Positions 36,915 through 47,062 of a stretch of 56,057 nucleotides of DNA are shown piece by piece. Origin of the DNA: a virus (Duplodnaviria; Caudoviricetes); IMG/VR virus record IMGVR_UViG_3300025875_000030, positions 1 to 56,057 of that record. One strand, given 5' to 3'. The translations under genes were made by a program, and so were the position numbers. How positions within the stretch are numbered: the first letter of the stretch is position 1; every line of letters begins with the position of its first letter. The notes under the pieces were generated by a model. The model ran no database searches. It was not told the DNA's origin and saw nothing but the letters and a program-made list of their open reading frames with translations.

Positions 36915-39900
36915 TAATTCCAGTTTTTATTTTTCAATGCCCAAATAGCGTGCTCAATGTCAATTTTAGGCATTATGATGTTATTATTTATTTTGGCAGT
37001 TTTAAAACCATCCTTAATTGCATCCTTAATGGTTTCTTTTAGCCTGCCATTATCCCGGCTTGCATCTGCATCATGGTTGAAATTCTTTATCCTGTTATGC
37101 TCATCAGTTACGCCGGAGAGAATACGCCCCCTCATATATCTCATGTATGCATCATGGGAACTGTGAACGCTATCCCCTTTATCAAGCATGGTTAATGTTG
37201 CTTTGCTTGGCGTTAAGCGGATAGATCCATCTTTTTTCTCAATAACCTCACTTACACCGCCATCCCCAACATAAGCAATCTCCGCCGGGCCGCCTTTCCT
37301 ACCATGCCTGTATTTGGGTATAGGAGTGGCAAGAACTGTTGCCAACTGCACGGCACCCAGCGCGGCAATAAGAGCCGCAAATACAGAGCCCGCAATTGGC
37401 CCGGTTTGCGCGTATGCCTGCATAATACCTTGAGCCGTGGCAATACCAATATCAACAATTTTGAGAGCCTTATTAAATATTGCCTGTTTGCGTTGCTCCT
37501 CCCGTTTTTTCTTTTCAAGGGCCTGGCGCTTTTTCTCTTGCTCTTTCTCAATCAACTCTCTTTGGGCTGCATCATTTCCAGCCAACTCAATCTGCCTGCC
37601 ATAATACTCCTCTTGGGCTGCAATCTCATCATCAATCTTTTGTATCCGGGCATCAAAGAGGGCATTTGCAAACTCTCCTAAAGCATCCTTAAGCTGGCCT
37701 GCCAAGTCTTTTATTTGCTCAACCTGATCCTCAAAAGTTTTAACCTCTTTGGAGGAATTATCCTCAAAAGTTTTAACCTGTAAATCTGATAACTCACGGC
37801 GGAAATCAGAAAGTTTTGCCTCTGCATCTTTCCTTTGTTCGGCTGTCAATGCCTCTGCTGCCAAAAGAGCCTCAAAAGCCTTTATTTGCTCCTGTACTGC
37901 TTGTATGGCATAAGCTTTCTTAATCTTGGCAATGTTGCTCTCATGGCGCTCAACAGCTTTCTCCCGGTTCCTTTCATTTGTCCTCTCATTGTTAAACCTG
38001 TCATTTTCTGCAATCAGAGCCTCATTGAGGGCATTTTCCCTCATCTGTAACTCTGCATTAAGATTTTTCTCAAAATTGCCGCTTACAAGATCATCAATTG
38101 ATGCCTCTGATTTTTTGTAAATATTTTCCTTTTCTGCATAATATTTCTCAAGAGCCAAAATCTCCTCATTATTAAGCTTTTCCCTTAAATCCGCTGGTAT
38201 CTGTATGGAGGTAACAAGGCGCTCAATCTCTTTATTGGATAAATCCCTTACTTTATCATTGTAACGGCTTATATCCTTAAGCTGTTTCTCAAGCGCCTCC
38301 TCATTTAAAGCAAGGGCATACTCTTGTGATTTTATGGCTGCATTTGTCCTTTCCTCAAATGTTGCATTATCATCTGCAACAATATCATCATTTATCTGCT
38401 TGACACGGTTAAGGCGAAATACTGAAAGATTGTAAGCATCATCATTTATCTTTCTCATGGCAGCAAGTTCCTCCTCCCGGGTTTTCTTGGCTTTTTTGAT
38501 GGCTTTTTCTGTTGAGAATATTGCCTCTTTTTCTTTCTCAAGTGCCGCAATTCTTTTTTTAATCTCAACGCCTTGGGCCCGGGTAGCAAAACTTAATGCA
38601 TCAATCTTATCCCTCTCCGCCTGTATCTCTGCATTTATAACCGCAATAGTCCTCTCAATTGGCGCGGTATCTGTTGGCGTTCCTCCGGATGTTGCGGCGT
38701 TGGTTGCTGTGGCTTGAGTTTGCAATCTCTTAAGGGAATTTATCCGCGCCTCTGTTTCAATGATAAGTGATTTGTTTTGACTTACTTGGAGCCTTACAAT
38801 TGCCAAATCCTCAACGTTTAATTTTTTCAGATTATCACTATATCCGGCTGCACTTACAAGTAGTCCGTTTTTACGTTTAATAATACCAACACCCTCAATG
38901 TTAACATTGTTCCCCTCTTTCTCCAGCCCATTAAACTCCGCCCTTTGCTCCTTAAGTTCTTTCAACAATTCCAACTCTTTCTGTATGGCTATTGTGGTTT
39001 GCAAATTGGCTTGCTCTTTCTGTAAGTTCACATACTCCCTTAGTTTGGCTGTGTTTAGTTCCACAACCTCCCCGTATTTGTTAACCTTTTCAATGGCTTC
39101 CGGGGCAATTTTGGATAACGCCTCTGTAAGTTCGTTCATCTCCTTTTGCTCCTTGGCGTTCCGGTTGATTTTGCCCGCCAACTCCTCATACCTATCCGCC
39201 ATTTTTGAGATGCTTTTACCATTAGCCTCAAGGGTATCACGGTTTTTCAATACCTCCTCTGTATTGGATTTGGTTTCTGCATTGAGTTCCTTGATGTTTT
39301 TATTAAGAGAGGAAATAACATAAATTAAAGCAGCAGCGGCAACCACAATTAAGCCAAATGGGTTTGCTCTTGAGGCTATATTTAATGCCTGCATTTCGGC
39401 TCTTGCCCCGGCAAGCCCCCGGGATACAAATGCTGTTGATACTGCCATTGCATTATTAGCAATTACGGCAATCCTTGTTGCAATACTGTTGGCAATTACA
39501 GCAGCTTTATAAATAACAAATGCGGCTCCTGCTTTAAGGGCGACATCAATGATAATATCAAGGTTTTCCGCCAAGAATTTTGCAGCGCTGGCAAGCTTTT
39601 CACTAAACCCGGTACTCTCATTCAGGTTGAGGATATAATCCTCAAGGGAACTATCCAAAATCTTTAATTGAGCATCAAGGCTCTTGAGTTGTTTATTGGT
39701 TAAATCCTCAAGGGCTCCCTTTGAATTTTGATAAGCAACCGTGTTTTTTTCAATCTTATCCTGATTGTTGGCAAGGATGATACCTATCTTGGCAGCCTCC
39801 GCCCCAAACAATCCGCCTGCTAATGATAATAACTCTAACTCATCTTTCCCCTGCCTTTGGGCATCATTCAATTTTGTAAGAGCCTCCTCCAGCGTTAAAC

Positions 39901-41614
39901 CGGATTGGGATAACCTGATCATTGCAGTTGATGTTAACCGCCCGGCGCTTTCTGCTTTAATCCCGTTATCTGCAAGGATACCCAATATTGCCGCGGTTTT
40001 CTCAAGTGAAAACCCAACAGTACGTGCCGTTGGCGCTATATAAGAAAATGCATCCCTAAGCCCTTGGAAATCCAGCGCGGAACGGTTAGCAGCCTCCGCC
40101 AATACATCCGTATAACGTGCCGCCTCTTGTGCTCCCTCCCCGTATGCATTAAGTAATGATTTAACCAGCGTTGCCGCCTCCTCTGCACTTGCCCTCAATG
40201 CAAGGGATAAATCATTTACAGGCTTAAGGAGTTTCATTGCCTCCTCCGGTGTGGATCCAAGTTTTATTAACTCTGTTGCAAGCTTGGCAACATCCGTGGC
40301 ACTGTTGATACTTGCCTTGGCAACATTTTGTATCTCCTCCTCAAGAGGGGCAATCTCCTCCCTTGTGTGCCCGGCTATTGCGGCAAGGTTTACAATCTCC
40401 GCCTCATAATCCTTTATAACTGCAACGGCTCCCCTTACTGCATCAGAAAACAAGGATATACCTGTTGCAATACCAAAGGCAGCAACTAATGGCTCCAGCA
40501 TCCCGGCAAGCCCGGAGAAAGCGCTTTCATAATTTCCAATGTTATCCTTATATATTTCCGTTGCCCGGTTTACCTCTTTAACCTTTGCAGCCAATTTATC
40601 GTACTCCCTTTGGGCTGCCTTTATCTCTTGAGTGTTTTTATGCTCTGCACTCAACAAATCCGCTAAACGTTTTTGAGCCTCGTTTCTCTCTCTCCTTAGT
40701 TTCTCATACGGGCCAACAAGCCCAAGAACCTCCCGGGCTTGCTGTTTCTTTGCCCGGTTAAGCATCTCATTTTGTACCCTCTCCTCCGCTGTTAAAACGG
40801 TGTTGCGCTTCTTGGCTGCCTCCTCTTGAGCGGCAATGCGTAACTCTTGGCTCTTAATATCCAAAGATGATTTAATAATCCTTTGCTCATCAAGCAATGC
40901 AGCCTTTTCCGCCCGGATGGTATCCAAGCGAGTTTTTTTAAGGCGCTCCTCTTGTTGCAGCTTTGCAACCTCCTCCCGGGATGTAATCAAGCGGCGTTGC
41001 TCAAGGCGCTCAAGTTCCTGCAAAAGCTTTACCTCCTCTTTTTCCGTGGCAAGCTTTCTTTTTTCCAAGTCCTCTGATTGAGAAAGGAGTTTTATTTCCT
41101 CCCCCTGCTGGGTAATCATTTTGGCAGATAACTCAAGGGTTTTCTTTTCGGTTTCAATACGCTCCCGTTTGGTTCTCTCCAAAGATTTCTCAAATTGCTC
41201 CTCCTGCTTAAGGCTGTTGGTTAATTTAGTATGGGAAAGGCGCTCCTCATCAATTGCTTTTTTGGAGGCTCCTGCTGTCTTTTGCCGGGCTTTCTGAACC
41301 TCTGCTATAAGTTTCTCCATGGATATGGCTTTTTGCCTCTCCTCATCAAGTTTTTGCAGAGCAATTTGCTCATTTCTCATTGCCTCAACCATCTTATCAA
41401 TGGCGTTTTTTTCAAGGTTCTTTACTTCAATGAGTTTTGAGTTGCTTTCTGCATTACGATACAAGCCCATTACTTTGTTAAGTTCCTTAGAGGAGTTTTT
41501 TAATTCCTCATTGGCTTGTATAGCTACTTTTAAATTTTCTGCATATATATAACCAAACCTTAACGCCTCATCCGTTACAAGGTCTTTTAATGTGATTTTG
41601 CCATCATTTGCCAT
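36914..41614 (-). CDS. Tape measure protein (TP901-type core)
   Basis: 1566 aa coiled coil; TDVLAEAANRSALDFQGLRDAFSYIAP..GILADNGIKAESAG; PKY..G..GGPAEIAYVGDGG. Confidence 0.92.
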   Translation of the reverse strand: MANDGKITLKDLVTDEALRFGYIYAENLKVAIQANEELKNSSKELNKVMGLYRNAESNSKLIEVKNLEKNAIDKMVEAMRNEQIALQKLDEERQKAISMEKLIAEVQKARQKTAGASKKAIDEERLSHTKLTNSLKQEEQFEKSLERTKRERIETEKKTLELSAKMITQQGEEIKLLSQSEDLEKRKLATEKEEVKLLQELERLEQRRLITSREEVAKLQQEERLKKTRLDTIRAEKAALLDEQRIIKSSLDIKSQELRIAAQEEAAKKRNTVLTAEERVQNEMLNRAKKQQAREVLGLVGPYEKLRRERNEAQKRLADLLSAEHKNTQEIKAAQREYDKLAAKVKEVNRATEIYKDNIGNYESAFSGLAGMLEPLVAAFGIATGISLFSDAVRGAVAVIKDYEAEIVNLAAIAGHTREEIAPLEEEIQNVAKASINSATDVAKLATELIKLGSTPEEAMKLLKPVNDLSLALRASAEEAATLVKSLLNAYGEGAQEAARYTDVLAEAANRSALDFQGLRDAFSYIAPTARTVGFSLEKTAAILGILADNGIKAESAGRLTSTAMIRLSQSGLTLEEALTKLNDAQRQGKDELELLSLAGGLFGAEAAKIGIILANNQDKIEKNTVAYQNSKGALEDLTNKQLKSLDAQLKILDSSLEDYILNLNESTGFSEKLASAAKFLAENLDIIIDVALKAGAAFVIYKAAVIANSIATRIAVIANNAMAVSTAFVSRGLAGARAEMQALNIASRANPFGLIVVAAAALIYVISSLNKNIKELNAETKSNTEEVLKNRDTLEANGKSISKMADRYEELAGKINRNAKEQKEMNELTEALSKIAPEAIEKVNKYGEVVELNTAKLREYVNLQKEQANLQTTIAIQKELELLKELKEQRAEFNGLEKEGNNVNIEGVGIIKRKNGLLVSAAGYSDNLKKLNVEDLAIVRLQVSQNKSLIIETEARINSLKRLQTQATATNAATSGGTPTDTAPIERTIAVINAEIQAERDKIDALSFATRAQGVEIKKRIAALEKEKEAIFSTEKAIKKAKKTREEELAAMRKINDDAYNLSVFRLNRVKQINDDIVADDNATFEERTNAAIKSQEYALALNEEALEKQLKDISRYNDKVRDLSNKEIERLVTSIQIPADLREKLNNEEILALEKYYAEKENIYKKSEASIDDLVSGNFEKNLNAELQMRENALNEALIAENDRFNNERTNERNREKAVERHESNIAKIKKAYAIQAVQEQIKAFEALLAAEALTAEQRKDAEAKLSDFRRELSDLQVKTFEDNSSKEVKTFEDQVEQIKDLAGQLKDALGEFANALFDARIQKIDDEIAAQEEYYGRQIELAGNDAAQRELIEKEQEKKRQALEKKKREEQRKQAIFNKALKIVDIGIATAQGIMQAYAQTGPIAGSVFAALIAALGAVQLATVLATPIPKYRHGRKGGPAEIAYVGDGGVSEVIEKKDGSIRLTPSKATLTMLDKGDSVHSSHDAYMRYMRGRILSGVTDEHNRIKNFNHDADASRDNGRLKETIKDAIKDGFKTAKINNNIIMPKIDIEHAIWALKNKNWN

Positions 41615-42182
41615 CTGCTAAATTTTTTTGAGTTGCTTTTATTTTCATATCAATCTGCTTGCCGTAATACACAACCTTTGATGCCGGGATAGTGTTGAAA
41701 TCAAAATCAATCCCCAAAAATGTACAATAGCTGGCAAGCATCTCATCCGGGCTTATGATCTTGCTTTCATCAACCGGGGGGAGGTTAAGCTTAAAACTTT
41801 CAACTTGGATAAGTATGCCCTCCGCCTCTCTCTCCACGCGCTCCAATTGATCCAAATAATCCTCATGGGTTATGCTGTACCCATATCCAATTAACTCATT
41901 AATGCTTTCCTCATCATAATCAAAAGCAAGTATTTTGCAGCAGAGGATAACCTTTCTGTATTTGGTTTCATTATAGTAAATTTCCTTGTGTATCTTAAAT
42001 ACACGTTGCTCATCAGGAGAGGGATTAAGGTTAAGGTAATCCTCATGTATTTTCTCCCAAATTTCTTTGAGTTCCGGTTCCGGGATTTCCTCATTTTCTG
42101 TTACAAGTAATTTGTAATCGTTGGTGCCAATGATCTCAAGGAGTATTTTCCAAGGGATAACATCTATTTTCCTATATATCAT
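41604..42182 (-). CDS. Pre-tape-measure protein, possible tail assembly chaperone
   Basis: Position only. Confidence 0.6.
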   Translation of the reverse strand: MIYRKIDVIPWKILLEIIGTNDYKLLVTENEEIPEPELKEIWEKIHEDYLNLNPSPDEQRVFKIHKEIYYNETKYRKVILCCKILAFDYDEESINELIGYGYSITHEDYLDQLERVEREAEGILIQVESFKLNLPPVDESKIISPDEMLASYCTFLGIDFDFNTIPASKVVYYGKQIDMKIKATQKNLADGK

Positions 42183-42655
42183 ATACCTAATTTTATCCGT
42201 ATGACTTTAATAAACAAAGGGAGGATTGATTTCTCAATTACCTCCCTTAGATTTTCATCAGTAAGCCCAAAAAATTCCGTTGTTAACCAATGATCTCCTC
42301 TTAATATTTCATCATTCTTTTCATCATCAGAGCCAAAAAATAAAGTGCCGTTTTCAACTTTCATGTAAAAACCCTCAAACCAATCCCCCGTATCAACTCC
42401 GGTGTAAGGATCCCCAGCGCGCTTGATGTTGTTTACTCCTCCAAGCAATGCCATGTTTGTGGTTATGTATTCAGTTGCTTGAGAATAAAATCCCAGCGCC
42501 CTCCCATGAATGTCTGTACTGTCTTTTTCAAGTTGCTCCTTATTTTTATCAACAAAGGTTTTTTCAAGGCTTCTAATTACGGTTACTATTTCAGCAATAA
42601 GAGAGGGTTTATTTACCCTTTGCGCTGCCTGTAGCTGCCGGAGGAGTGTTGCCAT
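42179..42655 (-). CDS. Virion morphogenesis / tail completion protein
   Basis: NKEQL..G.ALGFYS..T..DTGDW..FGLTDEN pattern. Confidence 0.6.
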   Translation of the reverse strand: MATLLRQLQAAQRVNKPSLIAEIVTVIRSLEKTFVDKNKEQLEKDSTDIHGRALGFYSQATEYITTNMALLGGVNNIKRAGDPYTGVDTGDWFEGFYMKVENGTLFFGSDDEKNDEILRGDHWLTTEFFGLTDENLREVIEKSILPLFIKVIRIKLGI

Positions 42656-42863
42656 TGGTTGCAATTTTGTGTGCCTCTACAAGTCCAGCCTCACGATCCA
42701 TTGGGCTCATCCTTGCAAAGATGTGGTTTTCTCCAAACTCTGTTCTAAACTCCTCAAGGGTTTTATTATAGCCCTCTGCAAATACAATCCCTTTGTATTC
42801 GTTTCTGCCTTTAGTTTTCTCTTGCCTTTCTGCGTTTTTACGCTGCTCTCTTGATTGTGCCAT
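42609..42863 (-). CDS. Small tail-module protein
   Basis: Position after the tail tube gene. Confidence 0.6.
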   Translation of the reverse strand: MAQSREQRKNAERQEKTKGRNEYKGIVFAEGYNKTLEEFRTEFGENHIFARMSPMDREAGLVEAHKIATNGNTPPAATGSAKGK

Positions 42864-42908
42864 GATGTTTTATATTATGGGGCCGGTATCTCACAGCCCC
42901 GTTATTAA

Positions 42909-43220
42909 TTAATTTATTGTTTCAAATATTAGCATTTTGTGTGGTCCTTGCCCATTTTCGTTTACTCCACGGAAATAGAAAGCTAATCCTCCATTTACAA
43001 ACTCTGTCAAAGTTCCGGAAATAATACCCGTGTCATAGTCAAACGTTAAACCAACAACACCGGGTTCAGCAAGCACATCACTCCCAAAAGGCAATAAAAA
43101 ACTTGTGGGATTATTGGTTGCTGTTACTTGGAAAACAAACGGAACCCCAACTTGTATTATTTGAGCCGTTTCTACCGTTGTGTTCAGGTTAGTTATAACC
43201 GGAACGTTAACGCCCGGCGT
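42909..43220 (-). CDS. In-frame Ig-like (He_PIG-type) extension of the tail tube protein beyond a UGA
   Basis: 103 open codons in the tail tube frame: PVIT..VGVPFVFQVTATNNPTSF..GLTFDYDTGIISGT. Confidence 0.7.
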   Translation of the reverse strand, partial: TPGVNVPVITNLNTTVETAQIIQVGVPFVFQVTATNNPTSFLLPFGSDVLAEPGVVGLTFDYDTGIISGTLTEFVNGGLAFYFRGVNENGQGPHKMLIFETIN

Positions 43221-44126
43221 TCAAACAGCTACAATAAGAGGCTCATCCCCCTCATACATAGTTGCCACAATAGTAACAACACCATCAATCTCAACGGTAA
43301 AACCATTTGCAAACCCGGTGCCTGTTACCTCATAAATGCCATCTCCATCCGCGGGCACAAAAGTTACTGTTTGCACAACTCCGGCTGCATTTTTTACAAC
43401 AATATCCCCAGCAACCAAACTTGTTAACGGCCTGTTGCCGCAATCCGTAATGGCTTTGAATTTAATGGATGTTGCAGATGCAGAAACTTGAGTTAAATGA
43501 ACATCAAAGATGCCATGTAATTCTGATCCCCAAGTTGGCTTGATAACACATGCATTGTCCTCAAGCTGGTTGTAATCCTTGTAAGCAACAGTTACAAGAG
43601 TTGTTGCAGGCTTATCCGGTACTGGCCTTTGGCGGATACCTACTCCAAGCCTTTGCAAGTCCTGGCCCTTAACCGCTCCGCCATCAACATTAACACCCAC
43701 AATTGAGCCATCATTGTTTAACTCAAAAACCTGTGTGTATCCTGAATTGGCATAAGACTTAAGAGCGGCATGTGAGCAAAAGCCCAAATAACTCTCATAA
43801 GTGGTAATTTTTGCCGCTGGAGAGGTTTCATAACTAAATGTACCCGCTGTAAAAGTGGTTGCATCAGTATTGGCATTGGCAACTGTATAGGCTGTATAAA
43901 GCGGCACAATGTCTTTTGCTTCAATGGCATCAAGCCATTTATCTTTGTCCTTAAAATCTGCAAAAGTTGGGAACTGAAATCCGCTCCTTGCAACAAATAA
44001 ACGCTCAAGCACTCCCTCCAAGCACTCAACTCCATTGGAGCCCGTGTTTTTCGGCTTGCTGTTTTCTCCTCCGCATAACTCGTTTATTACGAGCAACACG
44101 ATAAATGGGCTAATTTGATTATTCAT
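43221..44126 (-). CDS. Major tail (tube) protein
   Basis: Position after the neck genes; beta-rich; Ig-like C-terminus. Confidence 0.75.
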   Translation of the reverse strand: MNNQISPFIVLLVINELCGGENSKPKNTGSNGVECLEGVLERLFVARSGFQFPTFADFKDKDKWLDAIEAKDIVPLYTAYTVANANTDATTFTAGTFSYETSPAAKITTYESYLGFCSHAALKSYANSGYTQVFELNNDGSIVGVNVDGGAVKGQDLQRLGVGIRQRPVPDKPATTLVTVAYKDYNQLEDNACVIKPTWGSELHGIFDVHLTQVSASATSIKFKAITDCGNRPLTSLVAGDIVVKNAAGVVQTVTFVPADGDGIYEVTGTGFANGFTVEIDGVVTIVATMYEGDEPLIVAV

Positions 44127-44151
44127 AATAGAATTTTTATTAAAAATTTGT

Positions 44152-44685
44152 TTAACAACTAATTTGGTATGAGAGATTTCCGGTAATACAAAATATATGG
44201 TTTGGAGCCATGTTTGTAAACTTTATATCCTCTGTATCGAACTCTCCTAAGCATTCCCTTAAGCCATTGCCTAAGCTGGTAACAAGAAAGTTTGTTTGCC
44301 CTTTCAATGCTTTTACTACATCCATTTGAGCCAAGTGATCCGCTCTCCCGGCTGCATTTGGGTAAAGCCTATCAAGATCAACCATAAACACAATCTTTGC
44401 CTCAACTGTAAAGCTTATGCCCTGCTGGGTGTTTGCCCTATCTGCAAGAACAAAAAAGATGTTGGCAGCAAACTTATCATCCCTAACAACGGGATTGTAA
44501 TCGGTACCGGAATAATAGGCATACGGCTTTAAAGCTGTTTTCTCCTCTCCATTTGGAACCTTATCAACCCTGCCAAATAACTCCACATTTTCCCAATTAA
44601 GGGCATTAAACAAAAAATTTTGCAACTTAAAAATTGCAAAATCAACGCCTTTTGGCTCCTCTGTTTGGTACTTGTTACCAGTCAT
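44152..44685 (-). CDS. Neck / tail terminator protein
   Basis: Position and size. Confidence 0.6.
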   Translation of the reverse strand: MTGNKYQTEEPKGVDFAIFKLQNFLFNALNWENVELFGRVDKVPNGEEKTALKPYAYYSGTDYNPVVRDDKFAANIFFVLADRANTQQGISFTVEAKIVFMVDLDRLYPNAAGRADHLAQMDVVKALKGQTNFLVTSLGNGLRECLGEFDTEDIKFTNMAPNHIFCITGNLSYQISC

Positions 44686-45244
44686 AATTATGGATTTCTA
44701 CGTTATCAGGAAAGATGATTTGTTGCGCCTTTCTTATGGCTTCATTTAGCATTGAAAGCACTCCCCGGGATTGTAATATCCCGTTACCATCTCTAAAGCC
44801 CTCAAGTTCTACCTTAAGGAGGCTGTACTTGGATTTTCTCTCTGTTTCATTTATGCGTTTGCTGTTGATCATCATGCGTAAAACCATGGCGGCAACACTA
44901 TAACCCATAACCGCCTGTAACAACCCTTTGTATTTTTCAACTTCAACAGCATAATCCCTATCAGGATCATAACCGGGGCTATTGTCAAAAACTGCCTGCA
45001 AAGCCTCCAAAGCGCCCTGCTTTTTATACTTCAACAACTCATCATTTATTTGCTCGTTGGATGCATTAATAATATCCATTGTTTCATATACGTTGGCAGC
45101 CGTTACAAGGGCATGGTAACTTTCAAAAATACGCCCGGATGTGCTGGTAAGGTTTTCCTCATTCAAGGTAAACCCAGCAGCGGCATCCGGGGTATCCCAG
45201 CCCACAAGATCAGTTACAAATTGTATGGTTGCGGGTGTAAACAT
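44675..45244 (-). CDS. Head-tail adaptor protein
   Basis: Directly after the capsid gene; helical. Confidence 0.6.
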   Translation of the reverse strand: MFTPATIQFVTDLVGWDTPDAAAGFTLNEENLTSTSGRIFESYHALVTAANVYETMDIINASNEQINDELLKYKKQGALEALQAVFDNSPGYDPDRDYAVEVEKYKGLLQAVMGYSVAAMVLRMMINSKRINETERKSKYSLLKVELEGFRDGNGILQSRGVLSMLNEAIRKAQQIIFPDNVEIHNYDW

Positions 45245-45245
45245 A

Positions 45246-46535
45246 TTATGCTATGCCCATGGCAGTTTTAAACGCGGTTTCTTGCTCATCACTCAACTCG
45301 TTGACTTTTTTCTCAACAGTTGCATCACTCGCATTAACAGCTATTGTAACACCTAAATCCTTAAGGGCTTGGATGGCATCCGCTTTAACAACGGTTGCAT
45401 CTCCATAAAGTGTAATGGTTGCATCTCCCTCTGTTTGCTCTGCATTTGTTGCCTCCTCTGTATTAAGGCTGTAAATGTTTGCCATGTTAAGTACAGGCAA
45501 CACCCTTGCTTGTGAAGTTGTGAACTCAAGAGGAGTATCATCCATTACCTGATAAATTGATAATAGGATATAATCATCAACTTTACCATAATCAACATTT
45601 TTGTTAGGGTTCATCTCCGCGGCAAGTCTTGTGTAAACAAGTTTACCAACATTCATTGATGGAGTAAATACAACTTTGTTTTCAGTCCATCCTTGGAATA
45701 CTGTATCAACACCATCCTTTTCAAAGATGAAAGCCCTATCAACAACATTTACTGTTACCCTGTATTGGGTTCTTAGCATGTTCCTTAATTGTTCCGGCAT
45801 TGCATCAGCAAGAGCGCTATCCGGTGCCGTTCCGTAACCGGATGAGGCTGCAAGCATTCTCTTAATTTGCATGTTACTTAACAAGCTGGTAAATGTCCTA
45901 TCATCCATGTGAATGAATGCAAGGTTATGGCCATATACTTTTGCCTGTTTCATAATCCTTACAATATCATCAATTGGCTTGGCATCCGGGGAACTCCATG
46001 GCGTTGTAACACCAAATTGATTGCGCTCCGGCTGCTTAAGATCAATTTTGATTTCTTGCCCAATGTTGTTTTCATCAGAGGTGCCATAAATACCATCATT
46101 GGATAAAGCAGTAAGGAACATATACTCAAGCCTCTCCCATACTGATTTGGTAACGCTTGTAGTATCATCAAAGATAATCCTTGATATTTCTTTACTGTTA
46201 TCTCCCGGCATAGCCTCCAATAACATAATATCATTCATTTGGGTTTCATTTAAAGAGCGCTTAGTACCCAGCTTTGGAATATCGCCGGATGCCCTCCTTA
46301 TAGATGATCTCCTTTTTAATGGGAGGCGGCTGTCAAGAGCAACCACATCCGCCATTACAGCGCGGCCATCAATCTCAAGGGTTTCCCATCTCATGTTGGG
46401 TGCAAACTGTTTTGTAAGCATGGTTTTGTAAAGGTACATGGCCTCCGCCTCCTTGCCGTTTATGGTTTTCGTTAGAAACAACAGTATTGCCGCAAAGTTG
46501 CGCGTAATGTACTGTGAAAATTGACTTTTTTGCAT
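45246..46535 (-). CDS. Major capsid protein (lambda gpE-like) with C-terminal extension
   Basis: MADVVALDSRLPLKRR, GDIPKLG, ERLEYMFLTALS, W...AKPIDDI. Confidence 0.88.
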   Translation of the reverse strand: MQKSQFSQYITRNFAAILLFLTKTINGKEAEAMYLYKTMLTKQFAPNMRWETLEIDGRAVMADVVALDSRLPLKRRSSIRRASGDIPKLGTKRSLNETQMNDIMLLEAMPGDNSKEISRIIFDDTTSVTKSVWERLEYMFLTALSNDGIYGTSDENNIGQEIKIDLKQPERNQFGVTTPWSSPDAKPIDDIVRIMKQAKVYGHNLAFIHMDDRTFTSLLSNMQIKRMLAASSGYGTAPDSALADAMPEQLRNMLRTQYRVTVNVVDRAFIFEKDGVDTVFQGWTENKVVFTPSMNVGKLVYTRLAAEMNPNKNVDYGKVDDYILLSIYQVMDDTPLEFTTSQARVLPVLNMANIYSLNTEEATNAEQTEGDATITLYGDATVVKADAIQALKDLGVTIAVNASDATVEKKVNELSDEQETAFKTAMGIA

Positions 46536-46564
46536 TTCTCAAAAGTTTTTTAAAGGTTAACAGC

Positions 46565-47032
46565 TTATGCCTTATCGGTTGTAAGCCTTAAAAATGTGTT
46601 TGTAGCCTGTACCGCTGCCGGGATAACCAAACCATTAGCAAGAGAATAAATCTCTTTGGTCCAATTTTTAAACGCCTCTGTATTTACAGTACCGCGAACC
46701 ATTACGGATGCTTGTGGGTTTTTCGTCAATACGGATGCCCTTAAAACACCAGCGTATGTGTGCCCAGCCGGTAAAGCTATAAAAGCACCAGCAGTAATGC
46801 CAAGCGCCTTATAATTACCTGTTGCGGTTTCTCTTATTATCGGGTGCCCGGCGCTTAGTGTTGGATAAGCCGCCGCATCAATTCCCGATACATCAAGGGA
46901 TTTACCTCCCGGGATGTTCTCCTCATGGAAAGGAATGATTATGCTATCTCTTGAGGTATCTATTTTCTCCCCATCATCTGTAAGGTTGATAACAGCAAGT
47001 ATAAGCACGTTTTTTAAAAATGTTTTTTTCAT
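46565..47032 (-). CDS. Head decoration protein
   Basis: IPGGKSLDV, AGHPII, YAGVL..SV...P.ASVMVRGTVN; between scaffold and capsid. Confidence 0.7.
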   Translation of the reverse strand: MKKTFLKNVLILAVINLTDDGEKIDTSRDSIIIPFHEENIPGGKSLDVSGIDAAAYPTLSAGHPIIRETATGNYKALGITAGAFIALPAGHTYAGVLRASVLTKNPQASVMVRGTVNTEAFKNWTKEIYSLANGLVIPAAVQATNTFLRLTTDKA

Positions 47033-47062
47033 CTTTTCTTTTATAAAGTTAAACTTTGGTTA

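Noticed and set aside
41604-42863. Canonical tail-chaperone -1 frameshift (gpG/gpGT)
   Set aside because: No convincing slippery heptamer at the overlaps; each ORF has its own plausible start.
43221-43223. Genome-wide UGA reassignment or selenocysteine insertion
   Set aside because: TGA ends other genes normally, with ATGA coupling (e.g. 216-218, 782-784); no tRNA or sel genes seen.
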